The position numbers were made by a program, and so were the translations under genes. A DNA stretch of 62,859 nt, counting the filler, from Gonapodya sp. JEL0774 (taxonomy: Eukaryota), in assembly GCA_027604505.1 (NCBI GenBank). It is 5 parts of 5 records of this genome, joined end to end, with 100 filler letters (N's around TTAATTAATTAA, not from the genome) between each part and the next. Parts side by side here need not be neighbours in the genome. Positions count along the whole stretch, not along the records: positions 50,613 to 62,859 come from JADIIX010000342.1; 4 more parts are not named here. One strand, written 5' to 3'. Of this stretch, positions 50,613 through 62,859 are shown one piece after another; within the stretch, counting starts at the first letter, position 1, and every line of letters starts with the position of its first letter. The notes beneath the pieces are model-generated. The model searched no databases. It was not told where the DNA came from and was given only the letters and a program-made list of their open reading frames with translations.

Positions 50613-52620
50613 CCCCCCTCCCCCAGGTGCACTACCCACCATCCCCTCCACCTCCCCCACGCTCACGTTCTCCCTGTCCCTCCCCTTCCACCTCCCACAC
50701 GTGAACACCTCCTCCCACCGCTCCCCATACGGAACCCCGGCTGACGGCGTCAAGCAGTCGAAACACGCGTCCACGACCTGAGTGTCGGGGAGGGACCCGG
50801 GCGGGGGGCGGGGTGGGGGGGCTACCGAGTCCACGCCGCCGCCGCCGTGCTCGTCAGACAAGGTGGCCTGGCTCAGCCCGGCCGCGTCCCCGTCGCCGTC
50901 CGCGTCCCTGTCATCTTCCGAGGGTCCCGCGGCACCCGCACCCGTACCGGCACCCGTACCCCCCACCGCGTCGACCCGGGCCTTGGACTCGGGATCTTCC
51001 TGGGACAACTCGGCGACGGTGGTGGCGTCTTGGCTGCTGCTTGGAAACGCGGAGGCGGAGGCGGAGGCAGAGGCGATGGTCGATGGCGAGGGTGCAGGTG
51101 CGGGTGCGGTCACGGTCGGTGTGGTCGTGATCGAGACGGTGGTGGTGGAGGTGGCGGATGGTGTGAGTTGGGATTTGCTCGACTTTCCCCTCGCCGGGGG
51201 TCTGCCCCTGCCCCTTGCCGCGGGTTTGGTGGTCTCGGTCTCGGAATGCTGCGTCGGGGTGAGGTCCGATACATGTCCGGTCCCTGTCCCCGAGCCCCCC
51301 GTGACCGTGATCGTGAGATCCCCTTCCGCATCCGCATCCCCCAGCTCCCCCCCCTCCCCCTCGGCCACCAAAGTCGTTGCGTCCGACAGGGCACTCCTTG
51401 CCGAGTTTCCCCCGCGGGTTGTGGTGGTGATCGTGGTGGTGGTGGTGGTGGGTGTGGTGCGGCCCCGGGCACGGCCACGGTGGGGTTGGGGTTGGGGCGG
51501 AGGTGGTTTGGCGGTAGTGGAGGCAACCGCTGCTGGTTTGGCGGTGGTGGTGGTGGTCGTGGCGACCACCGTGCTCGTACTCGACCCGCCACGTGTCACG
51601 ACTGATACGTCCGAGAGGTTCCCCTCGACGACCATGGGGGTGGGGTCCTGTGACTGTTCGAGTCCCTGTTCCTGTTCCTGTCCATGTGCTTGTCCATGTG
51701 CCACGTCCACGTCCACGTCCACGGGAAACCTTGTAAGATCGTTCCGTCTCCGAGGGGCCACGCCCAGGCGGGGCGGGGCGCGGGGACGGGGCTGAGTCAG
51801 AGGTTGAGTGTGGGTCTGGGTCTGGGTCCGAGTCTGGATGGTGGATGGGTCCTTGCGGACGCGTTTGGCAGGGTGGAGCGGTGCGGTGAGACCATGAGCG
51901 GGAGCGGGTGCGGAGGATCCGTCACCGGAGGATGCGGATGTGTGAGCACGTTTGCGGGTGGGGGGGGGGAGGGGTGCGGAGGAGGAGGAGGGTGCAGAGA
52001 AGGAGGAGTGGGCGGATGATGGGAAGGGGGGTTCAGCGGCGGGGGGAGTGGAGGAGGAGGGGGGGAGGAATGGTTTGAGTGCCTGTGTGGGAGAGTGGGA
52101 GTGGGAGAGGAGCGGAAGGGAGAGGAGGAGGGGAGATGGGAGGGGAGAGAGGGGAGAGGGGCTGAGAGTGAGTGAGGTGTCCGAGTCACAACTGGGAGGG
52201 GGATTCAACACACGTTGAAGAGAAGAGCGTCTGATTGAGGAGGCTTCGTAGGGACGCCCTTGAAGATGAGTCTGAGAGTTGAGGGGTTGAGGTCTTTGAA
52301 GAGAGAAGGGTTGAGCAGGGCGGCTCTCTGTTGAGAGGGGAGTAGTGGGTGGTAGAAGGGGAGTAGGGGGAGTAGTGTTGGTGTGCGGGGCAATGGCAGG
52401 GCATAGGAGAGGGAGTGTGAGTGGGAGGGTGGGAGAGGGGGTCCAACCGACTGAGGCGCAGTCACCTCACCTGTCTGAGCAAGTGTTGAGTTCCCTTTGG
52501 GTTTCCCCCTGCGTGCGTGAGCAGCTGCTTGATGGCTTCGATGGGCACCGATTCCCAGTTGACCGACTGCCCAGACGCAGAGGCCGCACCGGACGCACCG
52601 GAAGAGCGCAGTGTTCGTGG
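50613..52620 (-). CDS. spliced low-complexity (S/T/P-rich) putative chromatin protein with SAP-like helix pair and AT-hook-like motif; both ends uncertain
   Basis: VNWESVPIEAIKQLLTHAGGNPKGTQHLLRQ/..LNPSLFKDLNPSTLRLIF..LLFN/ALKPFLPP..; NLS-like RKRAH, PAKRVRK; RGRGRPP; pyrimidine-rich introns. Confidence 0.5.
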
Positions 52621-53484
52621 CTGGGGGCAATGGGGAATGGAAGTCGGGGTTAGGCGGAACGGCCGGGAATGGGAATGGGAACGGCGCGGTGAGTCGGCGC
52701 CAACCAGACGGCAGAGACACCCAACACGACAGCGGCGGAGGAATCGAACTCCCTCGCTGCTGCTGCCCACGGCATCAGAAAACTCCTCTGAATCTCCGCG
52801 AAACTCACTGCCATCGCGATGTCGATGTCGATGTCTTGTCCTGTCTTTGTCTTGTTGCTGCCGCCAGTTTCCAAGCGCCGGGCTCACTCCCGCCCCGTGC
52901 ACGGTCCCCCGTCCCCACCACACCCCTCCCACTCTTCACGCTTCCTCTCGGCCTTCCGACTACGTTTCTCTTTGCTTCACTACTGCCATTTTCTCTGTTC
53001 CAGTGTCCAGAAGAAACTCGAAATCTCGCTTTTGATGGCCAAATTAACTTGACAAAGAGCTGCTCAGGTTGATGGTTCTGTGCTTTTTTCTGTGATGGAC
53101 TCAGCGACAATTCACATACAGCGAATAATACTACTCTGCAAGCTAAATTTACATAACGTAGATGTTCCGTATGATGGAATGCGAATATCATCATCGTGGT
53201 GTCTTCTTCCGCAAGTTGCACACCGCGACAGCGCCGCCATTGTACTTCCCGACGGAGCTCCATATGCGCACTTGATGGAGTCACTCGAGTCACCACATTC
53301 TCCCTCCATTACCGTCCCATCGACAAGCGCCGTCATCCACTCACCCTTGCGGCGGGGCGGCGGGGGGGGGGGGGGGGGGGGGGGCGGCGGGCGGCGGGGG
53401 CCGGGGGCGCCGCCGGCGCGGCGCACGCCCAGCAACCCCCACCCGGCGCGCAGGCGGCGGGGGGCGGCCGAGCCNNNNNNNNNN

Positions 53485-53800
53485 ACACCCTTGTCGAGAC
53501 CGAGCTCCCACGCAAAACACAAAATGCAAACCCTTATCCCTGGCGAACTGCTGCGCTTTGCCGTGGACGGACTCTGGGTCTTCGTGGGTGATGAATGGTG
53601 ACGTCGTGTTGTTGGGCGCGGCGCGGGGCCATGGCGGCGAAGGCTGGCGGATTGGGGTGGGTGGCCCAGATTGCTCGAGCGTGCCGAATGGGAAAGATGG
53701 GTGCTGAGGGGAGAAGCAAGAGCAAGGAGTGATCGACGCTCCTGGTGCGGAAGATAGAGCGCCCGTTCACCTCGACCAGTTTCGCGAGGGAGCAAATGGG
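53485..53800 (-). pseudogene. GH18 chitinase C-terminal relic
   Basis: PFITHEDPESVHGKAQQFARDKGL plus frameshifted FAWELGLD, matching the GH18 motif F(I)SYDDxxSxxxKxxYxxxxGLGG..WELxxD. Confidence 0.6.
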
Positions 53801-54114
53801 CCCGGTGAGAGAGGCGATCCCAGGCCGTCCAAGATGCACACGATTGTGGGGGCTGCACGTGGAGCACGAGTGAATGCGGGGCGGCGGCTGGTTCTGGAAC
53901 GGAGCGGAGGCAGAGCTTGTTGGTGTGAGCGAATGTTGTTGGCATGACTGATCACAGACACCTCCCCCCATGAAACAAAATTGTGAATTCCGAGCTTGGT
54001 TTGCACCTGTTTGCACTTCAATATCTGGAGCTGCTTATTCACGCTTAATACTAATTCTTTGTGGTAAAAGATAACACCCTCTAAATAACACCGTAGCCCG
54101 ACGCTGTCCCCCCA

Positions 54115-55761
54115 TTACTTACCGAATTCCTCCAGACCAATAAAACTCAGCAGCTTGGTATTTTGGCGGACCTTTTCGTCGCTCATCAGCTTGAATCGCT
54201 CAAGCATAGACTCCAATGCCTCCACGTAGGCTTTCTCCTGCTCAAGAGCTTCCTCCGCGGCTTGCGACGCTGCGCCTAACCCGAACAGGTCCAGGAGCGC
54301 CAACTCCTCATCTCGGTGGTCCCTCAACTTTTCCTCAACCCTCAACTTGCAACGAATCAGTTGATAGAGATGCTCCCCAACATCCTTTGGAAAGTTGGTT
54401 TCCGTACCACTTTCCCAAAAGCACGAGTGCTCAGAGTCCAAGTTCTTCTCAGCCTCGTAACACTTCTGAGATGCATATCCGTCAGCAAACCGACCGTAAT
54501 GACCTGGACAGTTACCGTTCGCTCTGTAATGCTTCGCATCTTCCTTATGATCGCCTTGTTTCCCGACAAGACCAGCATCCGTGTCATAGAAACAACTTTC
54601 TCTGTGTCGCTGAACTCTCCATCCCGCAATCCGGGAGTCAGCAAGCTGCTTGCTCAAGAAGACACCAACGTTTGGTTCGTCGTCGAAGTTGGGCCGATGA
54701 TCGTCCAAAAAGTTGGTGGTCAGAAACGGATGCACCCATTTACCGTACACATGCGAATCCACACTCAAAACAAATTTCAACATGCGCGCGTGAAATATTT
54801 TGACGAGACCGTCCTCGAGGTCTCGAAGCTGTGTTTGCACCGTGGTGTCGTGGTTGCCTTGGCTCAGATAATTGATTTGGCTGATCACTTTGGGTGGATC
54901 GATGACGAAAGGCCCTCTATGATCCCAGTATTTGGCCAAAGCGTCACGGTAAAGTTTTGGTTCACCCCAATCGATGGGGCTCGACATCGTACGAAACCAC
55001 TCGTCGTTGATGAATTTGCGGGTGTTGTGTGCCTTCATCGCATAATCTGCCAGGGCTTGCTCGAAAATACTTGTGAATACAGGGCTGGAGAGCAAGCGAA
55101 GCTCGTCCGTCATTCCACGCTTGCGTAACTTGGCGATTAACCTCTCGGCTGCAAACCTCAAATGCTGTCGCAAAATGTACACGTAACGGGCGACTGACAC
55201 CTCTGACCAACTCTCGAACGAAATTTTTGGAGAGTGGGCCATTTTTAATATGGCAGCGAGGCTCTTTTGGTGCAGTGCAATTTCCAAGGCAAACTTTTCA
55301 GTAACAACGTTGGCTCGATCCAATTCAGGAAGTACATGTTGGGCAAACAGACGATTCTGCATGTCCCTCAAAGCCCTCAAGAACAAATCCTTGTTGAGCT
55401 TGCTCAGCGTCAGAAGGGTGGTTCCTTCGTAGAGCTTTATATCTGCCCAGTCTCTCTCAACCAACGACATGTTCCCCGCGGGATATGACAAGATTGGTAT
55501 TCCTTTGCCAGATTTCCAGCCGAGCTCCGCCATGAACTTCGCAAAGCGCAGATACTCTGTCGGAAGAATTTCCGTGAATTCGTCCGGCGGATCAAGAGAT
55601 CCCTCGACGGCAGCATATAACAGATTGCCGAACTCGTTGGTAATTGACTGTATCCAGTTTCGAATGTCTTTTCTCTTCCGCAAACGTTCAGATTTAATGC
55701 ATTTTGCCGCTTCTTCATTTGGATTTGTAGATTTGTGACTACGGGAACATTGAGGGACCAC
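54115..55761 (-). CDS. 548-codon uninterrupted ORF of unknown function; true start unclear
   Basis: 1.6 kb stop-free frame with globular, helical composition; C-terminal acidic coiled-coil; no motif recognised. Confidence 0.7.
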   Translation of the reverse strand: MVPQCSRSHKSTNPNEEAAKCIKSERLRKRKDIRNWIQSITNEFGNLLYAAVEGSLDPPDEFTEILPTEYLRFAKFMAELGWKSGKGIPILSYPAGNMSLVERDWADIKLYEGTTLLTLSKLNKDLFLRALRDMQNRLFAQHVLPELDRANVVTEKFALEIALHQKSLAAILKMAHSPKISFESWSEVSVARYVYILRQHLRFAAERLIAKLRKRGMTDELRLLSSPVFTSIFEQALADYAMKAHNTRKFINDEWFRTMSSPIDWGEPKLYRDALAKYWDHRGPFVIDPPKVISQINYLSQGNHDTTVQTQLRDLEDGLVKIFHARMLKFVLSVDSHVYGKWVHPFLTTNFLDDHRPNFDDEPNVGVFLSKQLADSRIAGWRVQRHRESCFYDTDAGLVGKQGDHKEDAKHYRANGNCPGHYGRFADGYASQKCYEAEKNLDSEHSCFWESGTETNFPKDVGEHLYQLIRCKLRVEEKLRDHRDEELALLDLFGLGAASQAAEEALEQEKAYVEALESMLERFKLMSDEKVRQNTKLLSFIGLEEFGK

Positions 55762-56399
55762 CGATCTGGGCGAGAGGGCAGAGCCATGGAGAGGGGGGTG
55801 GACAGCCCGTGGTGGCAGGAGATTTTGCCAGAGTGAGTGCTGATGCGCAGCTGGGGACCTTTAGAGCTATTTTGGATATTCTCGAACCCCATCTGCAATC
55901 TCCACTTCAATGTCCGCATACCCTCGGTCTCGAGCATCTTTCAAGTGGAGGCGCAAACCAATTCCATATGGGTCTTGCTACCCGGTAAAACTTGAGGTAT
56001 GTTTCATGCCTTTCTTGTCCGTGCTGGTTACTCAATTTGGTATTCATGATGGAACTTTGTTTCTTGCCCCTGCCACATCTATCCTCTTCCAATCCTCACT
56101 ACGCAGCATCTCGTTCCTTTCTTTCGTTCACAACCATTTGACTGCTTTCTCTACTCTCCGTAGCATTATCGGTTCTCTTTGTCGGCTGACCCTCCACATT
56201 GTTCACAGCGTGACTCCGCTCGATGGTGCCTCCTGCTTGAATCGGGCGGCCGTTCATGGTCGATGGTTTTCTCTTCTGACTAGTCCCATGACCCGACTCG
56301 GCACCCGTTGACATCCCAGTCTCGTGAGCGAAAACTGTTTTGAAAAGACGTAGCGTTACTGTCTCAAGGCAGATATAGAGTGAACATACTGCACAAATT

Positions 56400-58838
56400 C
56401 TCACGATAGCCAAGTTGTTCTTTGAGGAATTGCTAATGAACAAAATAAGTAACACAGGATCGGTGGGACGAATTGTATTAGGATTTCCGCTAGCTTCGGC
56501 GCTGACCCGAGGTCTAAAGAGGTCGAATAACGAGGTCTTACCTTCTCCGGCGTAACCAGAAGCCTATGCTTCACATAAAATATATAGTACGGCACGCATA
56601 TTGCTGTGTGCGCTGCGAAAATAATTATCGTGAGACGAGTGTACGGCTGAAGGGTAACAGAATTATACATTTTTTCACACAACGATGCATGAAGGGTTAG
56701 AAACTCACCTGGAAAATGAGCATGCTAATAACAGAGAGTAGTGTTGTGGCTGCTGCAAAATATCCACCGGCAAGGCCCAGAGGTGACTTTTTGAATCGTA
56801 GGAGGTGAATTAGGGTTAGCATCAAACCCACATCGTCCTCATACCTTACCTTGTATGGCCGCGGTAAAGTCGGCATCTTGTATGCCAATCGAATATAGAC
56901 CAAAGCTTTGAGCAAGTTGAGAAGCTGCTCGTACACAATCGCCAAGAATGTCACGATCTTTTTGAAATTTCCGTGCCGACGTGAAGCTTTCTGCGTCAGA
57001 AATCTCGACCCGTTTTAGAGTTCTCACGTAGAGTGCTCACCATTCCTGCTTCGGGGTCATTATCATAGCGAAGAATGAGAGACAAAACAAACACGATGAC
57101 GGTCGCGACAACTTGTCCAACGACGGGCGTCCCGGTTTTCTCCAGAGTAATAGACAAGAACTGGGGGAGATAGCCGCCACGACTGCTGGAATAAATCTGC
57201 CGAGAGCATACGGTGGGGAAAAAAAGAAGGATTTTGGATTATCAGATAAGGTGATGTCACTGACTTTTGACGGGGAAGGAGGGGCGAACGCACCAAACGT
57301 CCCAGTGTGTAGAAGCCTGCGACGAGGAACCAAAACAGTGGCCAAAACGCAACAAGCATTAAAACTTGGTAAGACCTGGAGTCAAATGAAATAGAGAGTG
57401 CTGCCGCGATGTTATCGCTAACGGGGCTTTGATCTACAATGTGTTGAGCCACACCCGGGGCTGCTCCAGAAGCACTACAATAGATCGCATTCAGTGAGGT
57501 AAACAAGCCGCTGGGAACTTCCGCCTCAATGGTTTCCTGTGCAACAACTCACACAACAATAGCCAAGGTCCCCAATACCAGTTCTGTGATCATAAAGCCA
57601 TTTGTGGATCGCGATATGGCTTTGGGAATCTCGATTGCTTCTTCAGAACTGTGCGGGAGGCATTCGATTCCTGTATAAAACCCTTCGAAGCAAGATCCAA
57701 AGCGTGAGCCGAGATATTTGGTACCAGCCCAGCTAAGCCGTAACAACTAACAAGTCGCAATTACGATACCCGCGATGACGCCAGAAAACGAGAAGGTTGA
57801 CGATAGATCGCCACCGTATCCAGCGTCTTGTACCTGATCATCCGGGAGCCCACCGTTGATCACATTTGCATTGTAGTCAACCTTTCCCACAGTCTGGGGA
57901 TGGATTTCCTTGAGTATCAATATTTTCTTTTCCGAAATCGATAAGGTCCAACGATACCTACCACCGAAAACCATAGCACCAGCAACGCGAAGCTGCAGAT
58001 GTTGCTAAAAGCCATTGCGCGGAAAAACCACTTGACTGGTAGCAAAAGAACAATGTTGATAAGTATCGCTGCCACAAGCCAGTACAGCGGCGAATAGTCG
58101 ATTGGCACAGAGAATATTTCCGAGACAAAGTAGCCAGTTGCAGGAAAGCCCTACAGGAGAATGATCAAAAGTTACAGATATATCGTGGTATATAGTGATG
58201 GAATTGGAGCGATCCTATCCCATACATCAAAATTTACCTGCAAAATGGACAACACCCAGAACGCAATATTCTACATGTACCAAAGGTCAGTCCCACTATG
58301 GGTTATCACATTCTGCGATTGCGTGAAGGGAATATTCACCAGCTGTCCCGTAATCATGCCACCAATTGCGCCAAATGCGGCATTGCTCCAAGTTGTTGGT
58401 CCTCCGACAAAAGGAAGCGCGCTCGTCATCTCAGCCCAGCACAACGTTGACGCCCAGAACGAAGCAGTAGTAATTAGAAATGAAAGTAACAGCGAACCCC
58501 AACCGTACACAAGACCCTAGAGTTGTGGAGAAGGCGAGTTCAGCTTCACAATCAAGCTCAGGTCGGCAAACCGTCCCTATGCGCACCAATGTCCAGGTCC
58601 CGGCAAATCCAACAGAGACGGTTACACAAGCAAAGGAATACAGCTCGAATGTGTTGGCAACTTTCTGACCAAGCCTCCGCCGTTTGATAAAGTTCTCTGA
58701 CACTTTCTGCGCTTTACCATCTGATAACCAGGATGACATCCGATCAAGGAAACCATTAATACCATGCCGCTTGACTGTGATTGTCTTCGGCCTTGTGCGA
58801 ATCAGCTCCCTTGGGTGCCAGACTTCGACCGGCCACAC
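56400..58838 (-). CDS. APC-superfamily amino-acid permease (ethanolamine permease-like), multi-exon, possibly frameshifted
   Basis: YGWGSLLLSFL..LCWAEMTSALPFVGGPTTWSNAAFG; YTGIECLPHSSEEAIEIPKAI; YIRLAYKMPTLPRPYK/SPLGLAG. Apparent frame changes near 57950 and 58800. Confidence 0.8.
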
Positions 58839-59450
58839 TAGGCGATGAAGGGCGATGTGAAGGTTGGGTTGAGTCTGGACTCAGTGAAGCCATTGCAGAT
58901 GGTTTTGATGAAGCAGGTGATGAGCGAGGTGCTGGACGAGCGATGGTTGATGTCCGGTGCGACGTTGTGGTCAGGAGTTGGTCCTCGATCCTCGATCAGA
59001 CTATTCTAGCGAGAGACAATCAATTGAATCGGAAGTCGTCAGGAGTTGGCTCGAGGACTGTGAGATAGCTTACTACGAGAATTCTTCATGTTTGTTCGGA
59101 TGCCAAGGATTGATCAGGTACTGTCAGGACCGACTGCCTCACCAGGGGTGTGGAACGCGGTACATTGCGCAAACAAGAGAGTTCCCTGTGTTTGAACGCT
59201 GCCCAGGGTATGTTGAACACCTAACTCCCCACACAAGGAGTTCACCGCTTTTGACCTTGATTGCACATAAGTCTATATAAATCTATTTTGATGAGATTTT
59301 ACAGTAATGCTGTACTATTTCATCAAATGAGCAGATAACATCACAATCTACTCGTGGAACAAGAAAAGGTGACAAATTAACATGGTGACAAACTAAGAAA
59401 AGAAGACGAGGAGAGAGATTGTGTGGGTAAGTATGCCGTGTACAAGAGGA

Positions 59451-60568
59451 TTACCGGAATGGTGAATGATTCTGGAGAGATGCCTGTTTGAGCCAGAGCG
59501 AGAAGATGTACGAAGAACACGAAGAGATAAAGCAGTTACCAAGGCCTGGATGCGTGACTACGCCGAAAACATTCCCGACAACTCCATTCTTGATTGCCTC
59601 CTCCGGCTGGCCCCCAACCCTGATTCTGCCGATCGAAATTCGAGCAAGTCTTGTAACCTCACGGCACAGTTCTGTCCCCCGGATTGGCCACTTAATTTTG
59701 TACTCCTCGCAGATTCTCTCGTAGTACAATGTCCAGTGCGTATCCGAGATCTTTGAATTCGGGTCGACTTCATTGTCATCCGGGGAGAGCCTCCGGAGGT
59801 GGTACTTGATCTGCATGATTTGAAGGATTATTGAATGCAATTCAAAAATGTGCTCAAGATCTCATCTAAAAACACTCACCATTGTGGCTATTGCAGCGAT
59901 AGAGGTGACGGTGAAATCTTTGATCCCCTCTTTGACAACCTTGAACTTGCCAATTGATTTGTTGATAAGGGTAGAAGCAATCACTTTGATGAAACAAGGG
60001 TGCTCGTAGCTTTGACCATGGATTCCATTGTGGAAACTGTGATCATTCGGCGAATCCGTGCAGTTCCTCATGTCAATGCGTAATAGATCACAAAAGAGAC
60101 AAACACCAGTACCTGTTATTCTCAATTAATCCCCTCACTTCTTCAAGTCGAGTGGCGTGGTCTGATGATAAGTTGTAGGGGTTGTCGAGCTGGAGAGTAT
60201 CCGTTTGACGCCTTTGAGTAAGTTACGGCGTTCTTGTCCCGACCATGTGGTAAACTAGAAGGAAAGAGAACACAAAGTTACAGAGCTGTGGGATTCAAGT
60301 CGGGGATTCCACACACAAGACCAAGGAGCTGCGGGGGAAACTGCGCATCAGCTCCCATCGATCCCTTCAACTCATCTACAGTGGTCCCCTTGGAGTAAGC
60401 AAACATATCCCATAAAAATGAGATAATCTCATTGTGTCGCTCTCTGTTGATGCAAGACAAGTTTGATGCAGGGATAAGGGAAGGTGGGAAGAGGTCATTT
60501 TGAATGATGTAATTGCGGGTAAGCTTGCCCATAGCATTGACAATCTCGTGGCTGAACTTCTCACTCAA
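59451..60568 (-). CDS. spliced hypothetical gene or relic with DUF6532-like motifs
   Basis: YIIQNDLFP; SYEHPCFIKVIASTL..DFTVTSIAAIATM/IKYHL; exons end at GT donors. Family resemblance from memory only. Confidence 0.35.
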
Positions 60569-62036
60569 GAGTAGAAAGGCGTGTGCGAGAATATAATGTA
60601 AATGCTATTCACTGATTCATCTGAACATACTTTGCTACTGAGCGCAAGACCTGGACCTTCCTTGGCTTCCCGGTGACAACAATCTTGGACCTGTTGAGGC
60701 ACTAAGGCAAGTTCCCCGATTTGAGTGCGTACACCTGCTCTTCTAGCCAAACTTGTTGTTTTTCAGCACCTGTAGCATTCAAATTACAGGAAGGAAGATT
60801 CAAACATTGCAAATTCTGGACAAAAGCACAACTCACGTGCTTCTCTGATTGTTGCTTGAGCTCCACTAGGGCTTTTTGGAGGCCTTTTGGGCACTGCGGC
60901 TTGGGTGACTTCCTGATACACAATGCGCAACAAGTCAGTCGACTAAGTGATCGCTAAGCCGATGCCCACTGAAGGAAAATGAGATCAAACCTGAGTGAAG
61001 TTCTGTGCCGCTTCCTTGCTGCAGTTGCATCTTCCGCGTCCCCTTCCTCGTCGCAATTTCTTGCATCAACATTCTGGCTTGCCGGTGCATTTTCCTTGTT
61101 GTGGTAATCACTATGGTACCCGGTACTTGTGGAGTGTGTGTGAATGAGAAAAAGCATTGCTGCTAGTGTCCATCCGAGAGAAATGCAATCAAACCCAGCG
61201 TCAGTGCTGTATCTGTGGTGACCTTCGACATCACTTGACTGGCAATTGTTTTTGTCCACTTGATCCAAATAGACCATATATGTTGCGTAAGGAAGATTGC
61301 CTGATACCTGGTGCTTGGCGGTATGGCTGAGTTTCGACACGTTCCACTGGCCGTCTCGGTTTTGTTCCATGTCTTTGAGGTAGTCCTTCTTGCCACGTGG
61401 TTGAGATTCATGACTTGCAAGACCCAGTGTTAACCAGAAAGCCGCACCCATAATCAAGCGAAGGACCAACCTGGCATTTGTCCTCCAGTTCGAATGGCCC
61501 GCTACATCAGTGGTCCGAGCCGCAACAGCACTGTTTCCAGACGTGTATAGACATCTAAGTGCAGATGGCAGATATGAAGATGCGAACTGCTTTTCTTGTT
61601 TTGAATCTCACCACGTTTCCATTGAGGGAGCACCAGTCGATGAGATGGACGCCTCGTCTCTCCCGAAGATATCACTGAGACAGCCCGGCTCATCTTCAAG
61701 CACAGTGCGAGATCTCTTGACATTGGATTTCTGCAAAAGCGAGAGTGGCTGTGAGGTTTTGGGAGTCGCAGCTTTTCGGTGTTGATCCTGGCGTTTCGAT
61801 TTGAGACTGGGTACCAGGGGCAAGGAGGACAGAGGAGTCGAGTTCGGAATCTGATTTTGCGAGCGTAGTCTTGGCCTTGCTGACATTGGCAGACAGTTTT
61901 TGTCGTTATATGTTCAGGTGGATTCGCATACAGTACAAGCTCACTATATGCAGGCACTTGGAGGAAGGCCTTAACCTGCAATTAGTGAGCAGCTGCAGTC
62001 TGCAAATGGTCTCTATTTTTCTTGGAAAAAACTATA

Positions 62037-62841
62037 TTAAGTAGTTTGTCTAGCATTATTGGATTTTTCGGAATGTAAAATAGACTGCTGCTGGCGGATT
62101 GCTTGAACAGCAGTGTTGTACTTTGGGTTGTGTGGTGAGTCGCCCATGATGTGAGCTGCCAAAGGGAATATCCAAAGCTTCCCTGACACACTCAACACCT
62201 CCTCCACCTCACCACCATCATCGTCTTCAGAATCCAACTCTACCACTATGCTCTTGCCTGTGATTACCTGGATGGCATCCTGAACAATCTTATCCTCTGA
62301 TGGTACCTCCGCAACTTGTTCCTCCCCAGGCTGTTCTATGAACTCCTCAAGGGACATTCGTGCAAGCGGTGCAACCAGCAGATGAATTCCATCCTCAATT
62401 GTCTTTCAAATTTCCGCATCCTGCTCCACTGGATCCATCTTGTCGTCGTCCTGAATGGTTTCTCCAATGGAGTTTGCCACAATCCTCTCCTTTGCAACTA
62501 GCTTTGTGTGTGCAAAGCAGTTCTGAAAGATGGTGATGGGCATTTCTGTCCATATTGCCTTGAATTGATCATCGTTCATTAATGAAACGCAAACCTCAAT
62601 CACCGAACAAATCTAGCACAAACCTTCCCCCATCTCATTGCCATCAATATGTCAACTTTCTACACATCTTTTGCCGAGACGTCTTTCCGGTCCAAGGCGT
62701 TCAGAATTTGTTGTCAGTGATAGCGCATTTTCCAGGCCGCAATGATTCCTGCATCCTATGGCTGTATTACAGAAGTCACATTGCGTGGCAGAAAATGAAC
62801 TTAAATGTTGGAAAGGTGGTTCATGGCTTCAATGGTGCCAT
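62037..62841 (-). mobile_element. pogo/Tigger-type (DDE_1) transposase relic, C-terminal half
   Basis: HLSNI*VHFLPRNVTSVIQP*DAGIIAAWKMRYH*QQIL; AIWTEMPITIFQNCFAHTKL; MSLEEFIEQPGEEQV. Confidence 0.85.
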
Positions 62842-62859
62842 GGGTTAGGGTTAGGGTTA
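62842..62859 (+). repeat. telomeric (GGGTTA)3 at scaffold end
   Basis: gggttagggttagggtta, G-strand pointing outward. Confidence 0.8.

Noticed and set aside
50782..51795. 337-aa plus-strand ORF and similar long antisense ORFs
   Set aside because: Shadows of GC-rich low-complexity coding sequence on the opposite strand.
52205..52215. Apparent 2-nt frameshift in the low-complexity gene
   Set aside because: Explained by a GTGTGT..CAG intron with a long pyrimidine tract (LLFN/ALKPF).
54115..55761. Fanzor/TnpB or reverse transcriptase identity for the orphan ORF
   Set aside because: No recognisable RuvC (DPG..E..D), zinc-finger spacing or YxDD motif.

Overview
Eukaryotic, intron-rich DNA; gene content and intron style suggest an early-diverging (zoosporic, chytrid-like) fungus, which is an inference. 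The window is five unrelated scaffolds of decreasing length (1-12824, 12925-25497, 25598-38124, 38225-50512, 50613-62859) joined by artificial 100-nt N44-TTAATTAATTAA-N44 spacers, so adjacency across spacers is meaningless. Scaffold 1: 5' part of a 7TM gene, a CC2D1/Lgd-like DM14+C2 gene, decayed BTB and F-box/ankyrin genes, a DUF1757-like gene and a hotdog thioesterase. Scaffold 2: GCN1, CIA30/NDUFAF1 and a partial 7TM gene. Scaffold 3: an AT-rich intronless thioredoxin that looks foreign (possibly giant-virus derived), a C2-C2-C1-RasGAP-4xLIM gene, an unknown membrane protein, a UNC-93-like transporter and the 3' end of histone H2A. Scaffolds 4-5 look subtelomeric and decayed: TTAGGG repeats, hAT-like ends, zinc-finger and GH18 relics, an intact SDR gene of Pezizomycotina appearance, a 548-codon orphan ORF, an APC permease and a pogo-type transposase relic that runs directly into telomeric repeats. 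All calls come from motif recognition and manual splicing; no searches were run. I found no clear multi-gene novel system; the best candidates are listed as findings.
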